A stretch of 64,000 bases of DNA from Iphione sp. A-MEVVRFRX5 (lineage: Eukaryota): positions 59,272,001-59,336,000 of the forward strand of contig OZ320321.1 of the NCBI GenBank assembly GCA_976226885.1, in the 5' to 3' direction. Both the position numbers and the translations under genes were made by a program. Under the pieces are notes generated by a model. It was not told the origin of the DNA. It saw nothing but the letters and a program-made list of their open reading frames with translations, and did not search any database. Below are positions 21,124 to 34,320 of the stretch, in pieces; positions within the stretch are counted from its first letter, which is position 1, and each line of letters starts with the position of its first letter.

Positions 21124-22110
21124 TCACGTCAGGTAACTCATAAAAAATAAAATCATAAAATACCTTATAGTAGCTAGCCCATTAATAAAGGTATGTAGAG
21201 GGGCACATCAACTAAGTTGTCATATTTTCAGCAAGATTATGTATATTGCGAAACTTTGGAAATTTGCGTCAGAAAGTTTAAACTAGGAAGGCGATAAGCT
21301 TCCTTCTATGTTTATGTAATCGACGTGGCTACCCGTAAGGAATGCGCGTCAGGAGCTTCTGACACGTCAAGGATCTGGGGATGCTGAAGCTGACATTCAC
21401 ACTGATGCTACGATCGCATCCCGTTGGGGTGCACAAAAGCCAGAGCCATGACAATGCTACGTCTAGGGACACGAAGCAGTCGACGTGGATGTACTTATTC
21501 CCTCCCCCAACTACTTCCTTGACGCTAGACACAAAACAAATTATCGTAAATATGTACGCCTATCAAATATTACCCTCGAAAGGTGATGCTAAATTAACTT
21601 TCTTGGAAGTCCCACATCAAGTTTGAGAAACTTTTCCAACCACCCCTTTCCTATTTTTTGAGAGAAATGGATCATAGCGTCCAAATATGCACTCCGTAAT
21701 CATACGGAAAGTCTGGAATTTTGACACAGCTGACGTGGAGAACAAAAATCCCGTGCTCTAAGATCGTGAGGCTGGAGGTAGGAAGGGCATCTCCACCAGC
21801 CTCCACTACAACTGCAATCAGTGTCTACATCAGATAAATTCATATGTAAATATTGATATAATTACCTTAATCCTGAGGCCCAGATGTTGCGAATTGACTT
21901 TTATGACACCACCGCTTACAATGGGTCCAGGATCACACAGTCACACCAGCTGTATTGTTTGTATGGAGTCAGTGAAACGTGTACTCACCTATGCATATAG
22001 ATGTTCACCCACGTTGGCAAAAGGCGACCCGGCAGTAAACACCAATGGCAGCGCTTGCTAGGAGCCACGTGACGGCGAGTAGCCAATCACATCTTGTCAA
22101 CGTGGCTCCG
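21124..22110. promoter_or_regulatory. Calumenin promoter/intron-1 region with UPRE-like ACGT motifs, CCAAT box and the donor of a 5' non-coding exon
   Basis: TGACGTGG at 21731-38 (+), TGACGTGA at 21124-31 (-), TGACGTGTC at 21361-69 (-), CGACGTGG at 21321 and 21481, CCACGTGA at 22065, CCAAT at 22083. Minus-strand donor AG|GTGAGT at 21989/21988. Confidence 0.5.
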
Positions 22111-22119
22111 CGTTTCATG

Positions 22120-22186
22120 TAGACTGGTACCCACGCCCTCACTTCGTAATATTGGTGGACGAGCACCAGGACAGGGTACCAGTCTA
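22120..22186. mobile_element. 67-bp mini-MITE with 13-bp perfect TIR and 9-bp TSD
   Basis: TIR TAGACTGGTACCC (22120-32) / GGGTACCAGTCTA (22174-86). Flanking direct repeat CGTTTCATG at 22111-19 and 22187-95. Confidence 0.85.
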
Positions 22187-25100
22187 CGTTTCATGTGGCA
22201 CAACTTGTAACCTGACACCTGATTGGCCTTGTGCCGACCTTGAACTTTCAGCTTCGCGGATCATCATGGTGGTCAACAAAGGAGGAAGGACGATTAGTGT
22301 TAATCGGTAAGCCAATAATGGACGCAGTGATTCTCCCAAATGTGACATCTTTGTTGAAGGAAAGACTCAAAAACAATGTAAAATTGAGGTCGTCTTCTGG
22401 TGACATGCTCCTATCTCTGAAAATAGTAAACGGTTGCTTTAAGTGTCAGAAACTAGAAATTCTCAGACGGTCCTGACTCGAGTTCTATTATGCTTAAGGT
22501 TATTGTATTTGTGGTACATTGTGTTTCGCGTTGTTTCCGCCAGTTTCCCCTCATTTTTGACACTAACTCGCCCTTTCCTGTTGTTGACAAGAAATTCTGA
22601 CTGGTAGAACATTTGGTGAGATGAACAGTGAATTTGACCAGAAAAAGTTCAATTATTGTACCGACAATTTTGACAAGTAAATATCTGGCAAGGGGCAGAA
22701 AACATCTGATTAGCAGTGAATTCGGTAAGAATTTTTAATACGGCAGGATATTTGACACTTTTCCACTCGAACCGAATTGTGACATCGACTAAGGGAGAGA
22801 GAGACCAGTTTCATTTTCTGTACTGTCTCATCACACTATTATTGTGTGAGTAATTTGCATGGTCACTCCATGTCACATTTGCCAAATGACATCTGTGGCA
22901 AGAGAGGACTGCCAATATTTCATGGGTTTTATTCACTAGATCCTAATGGTGATGGAAGCTGTTCATCTGTTACCATCAGTAAGATGTGGTTGATAGTGTA
23001 CAGGGTGGGTCTGTAAGTTATTGACGCCTAGCATATTACCCCCCTTTTACAAGAAATAAGACAACAACGAATGGAGGTAACTCAGTGTATTTTTCTGCCA
23101 CTGAAAACGATCCTAATTCATTAGACGCTAAATCTTACTGGTTCTTTGAAGCACACAAACAAGCCGACATACAAAACAATACTATCTTCTGCAAAATACA
23201 AAAAAAACAATAACGATATGTTGTTGCTGGGGTGGTGGTGGACACGCGAAATGCTAGGCAGGCCTGGTAGACTGACATGGGCAGCAAGGAGGTGATTGAT
23301 TGATTTTCAGTTTAGGCCCTGTGGGCAAGGGTTCCTTGACTTCAGGCCAGAACAACTCTGTTTGTGGGCTTCCATCCCACTGTGTGGTTTTGAAGGATCC
23401 CAGTTGGGGTATTCCTCTGTCGACCTCAGTGTTCATTGTTGGGGTGCTTCCCAGTGTTGGATGACGGTCTGGTAGGGTGTTAGGCCCCTTGGGTGGGTCC
23501 TATCAGCCCTCCGTGGTCATGAGTTCTGGGGTGAGGGCATGTTGTATTTTCACCCCATGGTATTCTGTGATACTACATGTATTTGTGTTTGGGGAGGGAA
23601 TATCCTGTTCCTAGTCATGGTGTTGGTTGGCTCTTTGGTGGGTGGCATTGGGGTTAGTCACAGTGGCAAGTTTTTTCATACAATTATAGGCGATCGTTAT
23701 TTTTATGGCTGTGCCTTCCCAGGGGTTGTAGTTTATCGCTTGAGACAATCAATGTTTGTGTGGGGTGGCCTGTGTAAGGGAGAGAGCTATCATGTGGTGC
23801 CTTCTATGGTGTCCTTGTTTATCTTGTAGAAGGAGACAAGTCTGTTATATCCTGCCTGCCAATCCTCATGAGCCCTTTTGATCATGTGCACAGCAACATC
23901 TGGTGCAGAGAGCATGGCAAGGTTCTCATCACTGCCGTACCCATCAATCGGAGCAAGGATGATGTCGGGGCAGTTCATGATGATGTGGGGGTGAGGAGGC
24001 GTTTATTTATAATACTGTAGTGCAATAAACTGCCAACAGGTGTCTCTGGTGCCTCACCAACCTGGGAAGGGACTGTGGCGGCAGCTGGGGGAACCCCAGG
24101 GCAGCTGGTTAGAGGCAAGTGTGCCCTAGTTTTGCCCCAGTGTTGCAGAGGGCACTCGTTTTTACACTACCTATATAAAACATTGCCTGAAAGTAGTACG
24201 GTCATGCGGAGGACTTCTCCGGGGTGTGAGACAGTTTTCAAGTTATATAATTTCCATTCTTTCATATGTTAATGTAAATACTTTTCAAATTTACTCATAA
24301 CTGCATATATTTTCTGTTACAAAAGAGAATACACAGGAAAACATAAAAAAACATGGCCCTACTTTTTCAGAGCTGAGTAGGAATATGTAATGCCTGCACT
24401 GAGGGTTGCTACCCACTCTGTACTTTGACCCCTCTGATTGGGGGGGAGGGGGTAGTGTGTGTGTGCCGAAGGCACATATATGTGTGTGTGTGTGTGTGTG
24501 TTTGAGTATTTGTTATGCCATTGAGTTTATTTGTCTGTTAGACTTCAGTTAATAAACATCTCAAATTGGATTTATGTCTTGGCATTCTTTACTGGCAAAG
24601 TGCTTCAGCAAAGTTCACGCAAAAATATGGCCCATGGTCGTTATGATCCAGGTGCCATCAGGATGGTCAATAGGAGCCACAGGATGGTCATTGTTATGAA
24701 TCAATCTTCGTTTCCTGAAATTGTGCACCATTATATAGAATCCATGCATTCAACATTTTAGATTTTCAAGGTTTGAATGAGAGAATGTGTGGATAAAAAT
24801 ATTTTGGAGCCAATTTAAGAGTAAGGCTGATGATTGAACAGTGTGTACAAATACACCGGTTATTTACAGTAGACGAAGAGGTATCCGGCATGACAGCAGT
24901 CTGTTACTCTCTCTTTCACTCACACGTGCTCATTCTCTCTCTGCCTCTCCCATCTATTTGTGTCCGTTCCTCTGTCTCCCATTTCTCTCTCTTTCTGTCT
25001 CTGTCTGTGTCTCTCTTCCAGACGATTTCACTACTTTTCATCCACTCTGGAATTATTCTGAAGAAATATAGCCTCTTGACACTGGCTTATTTTTTGTATC

Positions 25101-26557
25101 ATTCTAAGTGATTTGAAGGTCAAACTATACTTTTTAATGTTGTTGCACACACAGACTAACATGCGTAGTCAGCTTGTTTGTAGATTTCACAACATAAGGA
25201 TATGTCATAGGCTGCTCACCCATGCAAAACTAATTAGTTCCACTTGATAAAATGGCTGGTTCTAACAGCAACTCTCCCTCTTGCTCCATGTTAAGTATTG
25301 ACATTACTATGTAAAATCTACCAAGAGTGTACTTAAATTTTAAATGCTAGACATATGATTGGAGTTGTGAGTAAAATTGACTGGGTTGGGGTGGGGGGGG
25401 GGGTGAGTGCTTTAGGTAGAAAATGGAATTCACTGAAATACTACAAATCTTATTCATGTGCATTTGACAGTTGGTGAATTACAAGATAGGTTCGGACTGC
25501 TTTCTACCAATATGTTATGTTGGCCACTGTGGTCACATATGGATACAACTCTGGCCAAATCCAACTGAATTCTGGCTCGTATCCCTACCAGATCCACTTT
25601 CAAGTAACAATTTATAAAAGGTCATCCTAAGCTCTGATGTGCCTCTGCTAACTATTCTTCTCAACAATAATGATGGAGTCCGCGATTTTGATAAGTGTAT
25701 TTATTTTTTACTTGAATACACCGAAATTCAATAACAGAAGGACCACTCTTTTATACGTTGCATCCCCTCACACCCACAAATCCCCTTCGCATTCTGTGGT
25801 AACTCCGCCGTCCATTTTACAGTAAGTTAGAATTAAACATTTTGATAAATACATGCGAGAAATATTGTTCCTCTGAAGATGGATTATTGAATAAAGGGTT
25901 AGCTCTTATTGACCTCAGTGGCTTATGAATTGGTGGCTGGTATGAACGTTAAATCGTAATAACGGTCTAAATGTTAAAAAGTCCAAACGGCAACTAATCC
26001 AACGTCAACGTATTGGTCTTAGCATCAGGTAATAATAATGCGAACGTCCACTGGTCCAAAGGTGAACCCAGATCTGTACATATGTGAAGCAGTAATGGTT
26101 AATGCCCCTGGTAATATGCCATATATGAAGTAGTCTGACAGATATAATATGATGTACATACAGTAGTATGATACACTCTCATACACATGGAACTATAGCC
26201 CTAGATGTTTTTAAACAATGATAGGTTCGACCAGCAGTTGTTGATATGTGGGTGAACATGTTGACTTTAATGCCTACCGACATCTCAGTCTATACATTTC
26301 AATGAGACAGTTGCTTTTCCCTACAATTAGCACTCACAAATTTGGCTGGATGTGGTGCTGTAGAAGTTATCTATATACTATTTGCCGAAAAAAGACGTTC
26401 ATATAACATTTGACTTTTTAATACTGATCACTGTACATGTATCTAGCTTTTTCTTTTAAAATTTGATGTAGATCGCTCATACATCAATATCTGTTTCCTT
26501 TATAAATTTATCTATCGTAGCACTGACTGATTTCTGTAATTATAGGTCATAGCAGTA

Positions 26558-28875
26558 ATGTTCCGTCGTTTGGCGGCCCGAACTTTGGGGATCGGCGCTG
26601 TGGTAATCCAGTATGGCTGCATCGCGCACTGTACCTTGGAGTTTGTGGGCGATTTCGTGGTGGTAAGACAAAAAAATCTTTTGAAACCAGTTGATATTTA
26701 TTTATCGGTAATTTATTTTGCGAACCAAGTGCACGCTGCTTTTGTTTGCGATTGCAAATATTCGGTGTTTTCTACCTCTAGTGCTCCGGGCCGTCAATGC
26801 AACCAACTCTTTATTCAGATGACATAGTACTCACAGAACACCTTTCCGTGACCAGGAAGAATATAGAAAGGTCAGTACCTGCACTACTCTTGTCTTGGTA
26901 TAGCTGAGTAATGTTTTGTGGAGCAACTCTGAAAGTTAGTACAGTTGAAACCCTATTTAAGACCACATCAATTTCAGACCACATTCTATTTCAGACCATT
27001 TTAGCTAGGAACCAAAATCTTGATATCTAACAAGACATGGCGAACCTTCTGCTCAGTGATGCGACCGTGAACTGAATGGTGGCTTCAAGTTGAAACCTTC
27101 CAAATGACACAGGGGTTGTCGTGGAGTCATGAGCTTGACCATAGATACCATTGTTATGTCATCTCATGTTTGTTGGGGACCATGGTACCCAGAATTTGGC
27201 TAAACAATTTTGAATTATTGAAAACAATAACCCAATTACACGGTTTCGAAATATATCTCCTCAGGCATCACTAATTTAGATATTTTCTTCACGGTCCTAG
27301 CCCTTATATGACTAGAGTTGGCCAGCCTATATGCTTAAGGAACTCCTTTTGTACAATTTCAGCTGGTGTGGGATGAATTCATCCATTGTTCTTATATTAT
27401 TATAAAGACAATTGAGTGTTGTTACACATATATTGTGTAATATCCAACATTATTGGTACCCTCTGCTGGGCTGAGGTCTGCCTGTGGCCACACCTCTAGT
27501 GAAATAAAAATTTTTGAACGAGGCTAGAGTGGGTGACAATAAAAAAAAAATCTTGATATCTATACAGTTGATTCCCTAGTTAAGACCAAACTCACCAATG
27601 AGACCACTTGAGCTTGGTCCCAAGTGGTGGTCTCAAATAGGGTTTCCACTGTATCGCTTCTTCCGATTCCACTATCGTTGGTGTCAATTTGTCTCTCTGC
27701 AATTCCAATTTTTAGAAACCTTGAAAATATTCCAGTCCAGATCATTACAGAAAGTCATTATATAATGTTTATGCATTCATCATTTCACATGTATAATTAT
27801 CCAGTCCACTGCATACATGGCAACTCTTGTTTCATATTTCTGTCCAGAATCCACTTAAAAGTGTGAAATGATTAGCAATTTCCTCGTAACCACCTATGTT
27901 AGGTTTGAAATTAATTTTTTGTTTTCAGGGGAGACATTGTCATCGCCCGATCTCCAACGAACCCACATACCCACATATGTAAACGTGTGAAAGGCATAGA
28001 AGGGGACCTCATTGAGCATCCGTCTCCTAATCGTGCGTACAAATATGTAGGTATCACAGAGACGGCGCATAGTGTTCAGCACCGATGACCGCTTGAGGTT
28101 TTAATGTGAATTGAATATTATACATAGATAACTGGGAGCATCATGATTGTCTTAACTCTTGAGTAGTGGTTGAAGTGTATGCATACAAGCAGCTCAGATC
28201 ACCATTAGTGAAGAATGATATAAGGAGTTGCTTCTTCGTATATCGCTTCATTGGCCTTTTATAAGAGAACTATAGGAAACCTAGTGTTCGTTTCGGTGAA
28301 CCAAGATCTGTTTCAAAATATCAACTATTTAATTTATTTAGGAAACACTGCGATTTTTCTAAACAGAAATGGTATCCGGCATTACTCCAAAGGAAGTATT
28401 TTCGTTCAGTAGCATTGGGAATGCTCATTTGATTATTTGAAATATTCCTTGAAACTCATTTTTTTTTGCCAAACTTGCTCTTAGATTCCGCGGGGCCACG
28501 TTTGGTTAGAAGGTGACAATGAGCAAAACTCAACAGATTCACGCACATACGGACCTGTGCCTTATGGACTTTTACGAAGTAGGGTTTTCTACAAGGTGAG
28601 TTTGATGTCCAGTTTTGATTGAGTTCTTCGTTTCATTTAGTGCTTTTTTCCCTGGAAGTTGCAGCATGTATGGTACTATCATCCAAGTTTAGTCACAACA
28701 ACATATCTTGTTTTGTTGTAGAATTCAAGATGAAATATAAGTAGTTGTACAAGAAACTGTATAGATAACCTTCTTACTCATAGAATTCGCTTGCTTTACT
28801 AATTCGGCTTGTTCTTTTCCGTAGGTGTGGCCTGTGAAAGATTTCGGCAGCATAAATCAAAGAGAAGGAACATGA
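26558..28875 (+). CDS. IMMP1L: Mitochondrial inner membrane protease subunit 1 (IMP1), spliced
   Basis: Exons 26558-26662, 26782-26870 (CSGPSM, catalytic Ser), 27929-28046 (GDIVI...ICKRV, catalytic Lys), 28485-28595 (GHVWLEGDN...[12 protein letters not shown]) and 28825-28875. All GT-AG and in phase. Confidence 0.95.
26942..27651. mobile_element. TA-flanked MITE in IMMP1L intron 2, containing a nested insert
   Basis: TIR CAGTTGAAACCCTATTTAAGACCAC versus CAGTGGAAACCCTATTTGAGACCAC (reverse complement of the right end). TA on both sides and subterminal AGACCAC repeats. Confidence 0.85.
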
Positions 28876-31599
28876 CAGTACGCATCAGAAGTAGCCTTCA
28901 TCTGGACAAGAATCATCACTTACTGGAGTAATCCAGTTCAAAATAGAATATACATGTATATAAATATACTGAAATATCGGGAAGTAACTGCAGCAGTGAC
29001 AACAAAATGAACAATTTTCTTCGACGTTAGTTGTTGGCAGCCATGCATTTTTTGTTTGATATCATCCAATTCACAACTTAGACTAGCGGTGAAAATAATA
29101 GGATGTGGTCTTTTGCCACTGAAATACGTTTATCGTTGGTTTTCAGACATTTCTAATCGTTATTAGGTAGAACACGGATTGTTTCTGTAAGTTATATTTA
29201 AGGTCAGTTTCTGACTGTAGAAAAGAAAGTAACAGTTCTTCCTTGCTGAGCAACAGTGGTCCTGCGGGAACTGTCAGCTGCTGAATGCAGTTCAACGTAT
29301 CTATGCCATAATGAACTGTAATGCTCTGAAATTGCATTACATCCGTTTGTAAGTCGGTTTATTTCTTGAGAGTCTCTAATGCACGTCCCTACTGCTTGCA
29401 TCTTACAGAGCGTTTTTGTTGTGTGGCCATTTGTCGGTAAGCAAGGAGGAACTGTATAATGTTATGACAAGTTCGTGAAAACCCTTACTGCTATTTGTTT
29501 TCATGTAATATAAGACCGCTCATTTGCGTTGATGCTACCAAATAAAGAACCTGAACGAGATTTAAATTATACTGATGAATGTCAAAAGCACTGGGTTTTT
29601 CAAAAAGAATGCAAATATGGTGACCAATCCACATGAATGGACATTTTGTATTCAAATTCATAATGAGCTCTTCACGAGTCGTCTGGGTCTAGCAAAGTCA
29701 GCATTCAGTAGTAAACCGCATATCTCTAGTATACCCGTTCCCAGATTTCGAATGAATTTCCAGCACTGTTTCTCTATTCTCATAGTGCGTTGGTCATCAA
29801 GTAAATACATACCAGCACATACTGCTTCATCAGCCATGACCATCCATCTCTGTTCGTAGATTCGTGTGTTGTTTCTGGACTGGATTAGTCGCCCAACTAG
29901 TCAATTTCTCCCTTCATTGAGTTAATATTTCTCGCCATGTGTGATGCCAGGCTTGAAACATGATACCCTAGAGAGTGGCAGGCAGCCTGACTTGAAATGG
30001 TACACAATTACTAGTAGGAGGCGTACACTGAAAGGTGTGTCGTGATGACATCAGGTATAAAATGTATTAATTTGCACATCATTTGCATAAAACCAAACAT
30101 TTTACACAGCTATGGCTCAATTCTAACAGATTTCCACCCAGAATGCACAGTTCCTGTTGTAGACACATTTATATGCCACCCGTCGCACCGCACCGACAAT
30201 GCTTTCTTTCACTTGCACCTTGTGTAGATTCAGGAGTTTCCTTTATTTTTATCAAACTCAAAGGATCTTTGGTATGTAAAATAGCTAAAGTCCAGTTTAG
30301 TACCGGACTTTTTTTGTATTTTGGCTAGAATACTTTTCTTAAAGTTAAAAAAAAGTTATTTTGCCATAGGTCTTTTTGTTGACGTTTCTTTATTTAGACT
30401 GAAAGCGCCATTCATATTTATACTGAGAAACGCTGGTGAAGAAAGTTCTATATTTTATCATTAACTTTTCCAGAGTAACTCGTCACACGTGTACATTTTA
30501 CAGTAAAATAGGGACGTTTTCATTCCATCATTCATATAATAAAAATCTTCGAAAAGTAGAGGATGAGTAATTATTTTAACGTGGAAGAGCGCTGCCCCCG
30601 CCCTTTGTCAAAAGGACTGTTTTAAACAGCTATGGACTAACTTTACATGAAGGGTCGATGAAGTCCTCGATTGGTTGATTTAAGACGCCCTCTAATACCA
30701 GATCTCCACAAAAATATGACCTCAGGCCACATTCAGATGTCTGTCTACTTCATTTGCTACGAGTGAACCATCTGATTCATGCGAATAGTTTTTATGCCAT
30801 GCCAAATACTCTGAGACCGAAAAACCATGAGTCCGGTTGACCTGTCATCTTGAGGTTTAGTAGTAATACAACCTTCAATATCGTGGTATCCTCATCCTGT
30901 CAGACATCCAAAGGCATCTACAAAGGGTCATAGGGTCTTTCAGACGCATTTTCCCAACTCCCTAGACTGTGCACCTACAGTTCTGTCTTGGTACAAGTAC
31001 AGTTGTATTTTTTTTAGGCGCCCCTCAGTCTTACCGTCACTCGCGGGGGGGGGGGGGGGGTAGTAAGCTAAAACACAAAGTCCGAGAATAGGCAAGCGTT
31101 CTGCACCGTTGTCCTGTTGTAACGAAGTAAAAAGGGTGTTCTTTCGTGTTCCCCGCCCTCTCCCTGTCCTGCGCTTAAACGTCATTTGTTCTAGTTCTCA
31201 ATGAAAAACATTTCCTTCAACTGTAATAAAGATAATATGCAGTGTAAGGAAGAGGAAAAGAATAACAGTCAAGGGTCTTGAGATAGTTGCAAAACCGGCG
31301 GCAACAGTATTAAAAGCACTGGGAAATGTCCAGCAATAGGTAAGCGCATCATACGCCAGCTTTCGAAAGTATGGAAGTTGTTCCCAGTCCATCAGCTTAC
31401 AGGGAACAAGTGAGGTTAGTGCAGCTTCCCTATTAGTACCGCCGGTTGCCGCTATGAGGCTAGGTACTACGGCATACTTCGAAGCCCGAGTGAGGCGTCA
31501 AGAAAGTCGTGGCTACATCTGGTCCATCAAACGAGCATCTTGAATTCTCTAGAACAGATGGTCATTGGAACACAAAGCAGGACATACACTAATGGGGAT

Positions 31600-33400
31600 T
31601 GGGGGGACCTGAACAAGGGTCATGACTGCCTTGATTGTTGGTGTGTTCGCGTAAAGGTCAAAGCTCCGGCTGAGAGTTGCCTTTTTGACTGCTCAAGTCA
31701 GCCTGAACGTTACTTGATGAAGCAGGTGGTAGTGATGTTGAATTTTTGTGTTTGAGCAAGCTTGTTTTTCACGTTGCCTTGTATATAGTGGCTTGGGTGG
31801 TCAGTCCCTGCGCAGGGCATAAAGCTTGGAAGTTGTCACACGCCTACTGCTGTGGGCAGTATACACAAATATATCTACACGAGCTGTGTACACTACTTTT
31901 CTTGGCCATCTGGCAGTCACGGTTTTACCAACTGGGTCATGGGTTAGGATGATCCCCATGAAAAGCTATTCTGATGTTCATCAAATATCCTTGGTCCTTT
32001 TGACATAATATAAGGCATCTGAACAGGCAAATGGCTAGTCACACATAAAAAGAATTGCTTGCTCCATTGATGGCTTACGGGGTCAGATACCTTTACTGAT
32101 GTGCCATGCAGCATTTCTGGTAGGATTTGTAAAGGTGTCATGTCTTCGGGCTCCATGAATTCGAAACATGTTGGGCAATCTGTTAGGACGATGTAAGGTC
32201 GGCTCCCTTTTTCAACAACAACAAACTACTATCAGCAGATTGTCTTCCAAGACTGGATATATCGCTTCCTGTAGGCACAAAAGGTTTTGCTCATTTTTTG
32301 CAGTAGAAGAGAGGTGGTCAATCAGCCGCTGGCAGCAGTAGCAGGTACCATCATTCACCGGTTGGTTTTTGTGACTGACCGTTGAGGCTGACCAACCACA
32401 GCACATCCAGTAAAAAGCACGGGAATTTGAAATACAGACAAACAAAGCTATCTAGCATTGAAGTTAATGGGAAGGTTAAATAAAACTATTTGCTTTTGAC
32501 AGCATAAAGGAGGATGTATCTGTTTGGGGATGCATCTGGGTGGGAGGAGCAGTCAGCTGAAAAGGGATCAGTAGACTGGCTAGATAAGTCTAGAGCAACA
32601 ATGATAAGTGCTGTGTCATCGATGGTCTGTCATGCTAATTTCCCCATCAACCCGATAGGCAGACAGGCTTAGGCTAAACCAAGAGCCCCCAGTAGAGAAA
32701 AAAAAACTTTGTCTGATCCCAGGTTTCTATGATGTAAATGAAAATCTGAGGTGAACGTTCCTATTCACTTTCCAGAGAGAAGGGTTGCAATTCCCCATCT
32801 GCCTCTTCGATGAAGTCTATTGGGATGTGTGTTTAATAACACAAACAAGACCACAGACTTGAAGGTCTCCATCTTTCATTGTATTTTCAGTATAATCTTG
32901 TTGAGACTCAAGATGCTAATGACAGTGTACCTTGCCTTTCAGCCGTAGAAAGGTGTTTGACATAAATTTCACTTGAGATGGAGGCGAGAAACAACCGCTT
33001 TGTCGAAATTGTTTTTTTATGCCTTTCTCTGCCACGATCTTCTCTACTTCACTGAGTATTAATTATCATGGCCAGGAGGCCTACAACAGTTGCAAGATGG
33101 AATAGCGAGAGCCCAAGACAGCAATAGTAATTAGGGGCTTATCCATGATAAGTTGTCAATGCGCTGCAAACTGACAAGGTCATGAAAGGGCAGTTCCCTT
33201 ACCTCATTCAGGGATTGCACTTTGGCTGGTTGTGAGACAGATGCCCCCACTCTTGGCTGCTGCTTTGGCTCATTTCCGGTTTGTCGATTGAGTCCTTGTA
33301 AAGCAGTGGCTGGTAATAGCTGACTTGTACTCCCAGTGCACCTCTTGTGTGTTGCTTGAACTCTGAGTGCCTCTCACTGTCTCACCGGGTTTTGCCAGTC
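31600..33400 (-). pseudogene. Heavily decayed LINE (APE-RT) remnant, boundaries approximate
   Basis: Frameshifted traces of an endonuclease motif (GNCPF...CS-ID, ~33140-33200) and RT motifs (QRLIDH...FCAYRK..QSWK, resembling LQTLIDK...FCAFVDFRKAFDSVWR, ~32230-32330). Confidence 0.4.
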
Positions 33401-34320
33401 CTCCGTTATTTTGCTTTGTATAGACAGTGTTTCATGTAGTCCCCTGGAAAAGTGTAAATGAAGGTAAGTACACCTTGGGGCGTGTCCAGACTGCCCAGTC
33501 CTCGGCAGCCTCACTCGTCAGCAGGCAGGGGGTCTTTTTGGCCAGGCCAACATCGAGGTGGGGCAAGGCTTCTAATTCCAAGGTGGTAGCAGCTCTCCAG
33601 GGAATCTGCCAGCTACAGGAGACCCTATTCCTGCATCCAGACCTCACCTTCTAGAGGCGTATACTAGCCCGGGTTGACCGATTGTGCGTATCATAGCGAC
33701 AATGGGGAAAACTGGTAGTTATGGAGCAACCTTTACTCTTTACGTAGACAGTTTGACCTGACGGTGTCATGTATCAAAACGCCATTACTGTACTAACAAC
33801 AGAATGTCTGCAGGAAAAACGCAATCAGTCTATTGTAGTAACACCACTCCCTATAAGACCTGCTAGCTCCAAAGAGGAAAACCCTGCTTATGACGCTATA
33901 ATGGTGGTCTCCAAGGGGTTTTGTTTGGTGCCGTCTTTGGAATAAACAGTAAAGTGGGGACCTGGGCTTTAGCTAAAAAGTTGCCGTAACTAAAAATTAT
34001 ACCTCCCTAAGAATAAAAAGACCAAGATATTTTAACGTTTCCAAAATAGTCCCAATTTCCCGTTTCCACTTGTATGAATAAGGCATATTCTCCTTTCATA
34101 TACATATATGTATACATGTATATAAATAACATGAACGTCACAACAAAGGTTTCAAGTTTATTGGCTATTAACTGTAAATAAGGTACAGCCCGTAAGAGAG
34201 TGTGTGGTTACCACACCAGAAATTTGAGAAACTTTAATCTCTCTCAAAATCAACTATTGACATTTCTTTATGCAACATGTAAAACAGTGACATGCTCGTG
34301 CAGTGAACGTTAGTTTGAAT

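Noticed and set aside
22061-22110. Canonical ERSE (CCAAT-N9-CCACG)
   Set aside because: CCAAT and CCACG/CGTGG are present, but order and spacing do not fit ERSE-I or ERSE-II. Kept only as a non-canonical candidate.
29143-29860. Short minus-strand ORFs downstream of IMMP1L, possibly a hAT transposase fossil
   Set aside because: No convincing catalytic or RW motif could be read.
33427-33654. GC-rich overlapping ORFs between the LINE remnant and the dynein 3' end
   Set aside because: Short, with no family motif and no supported splice context.
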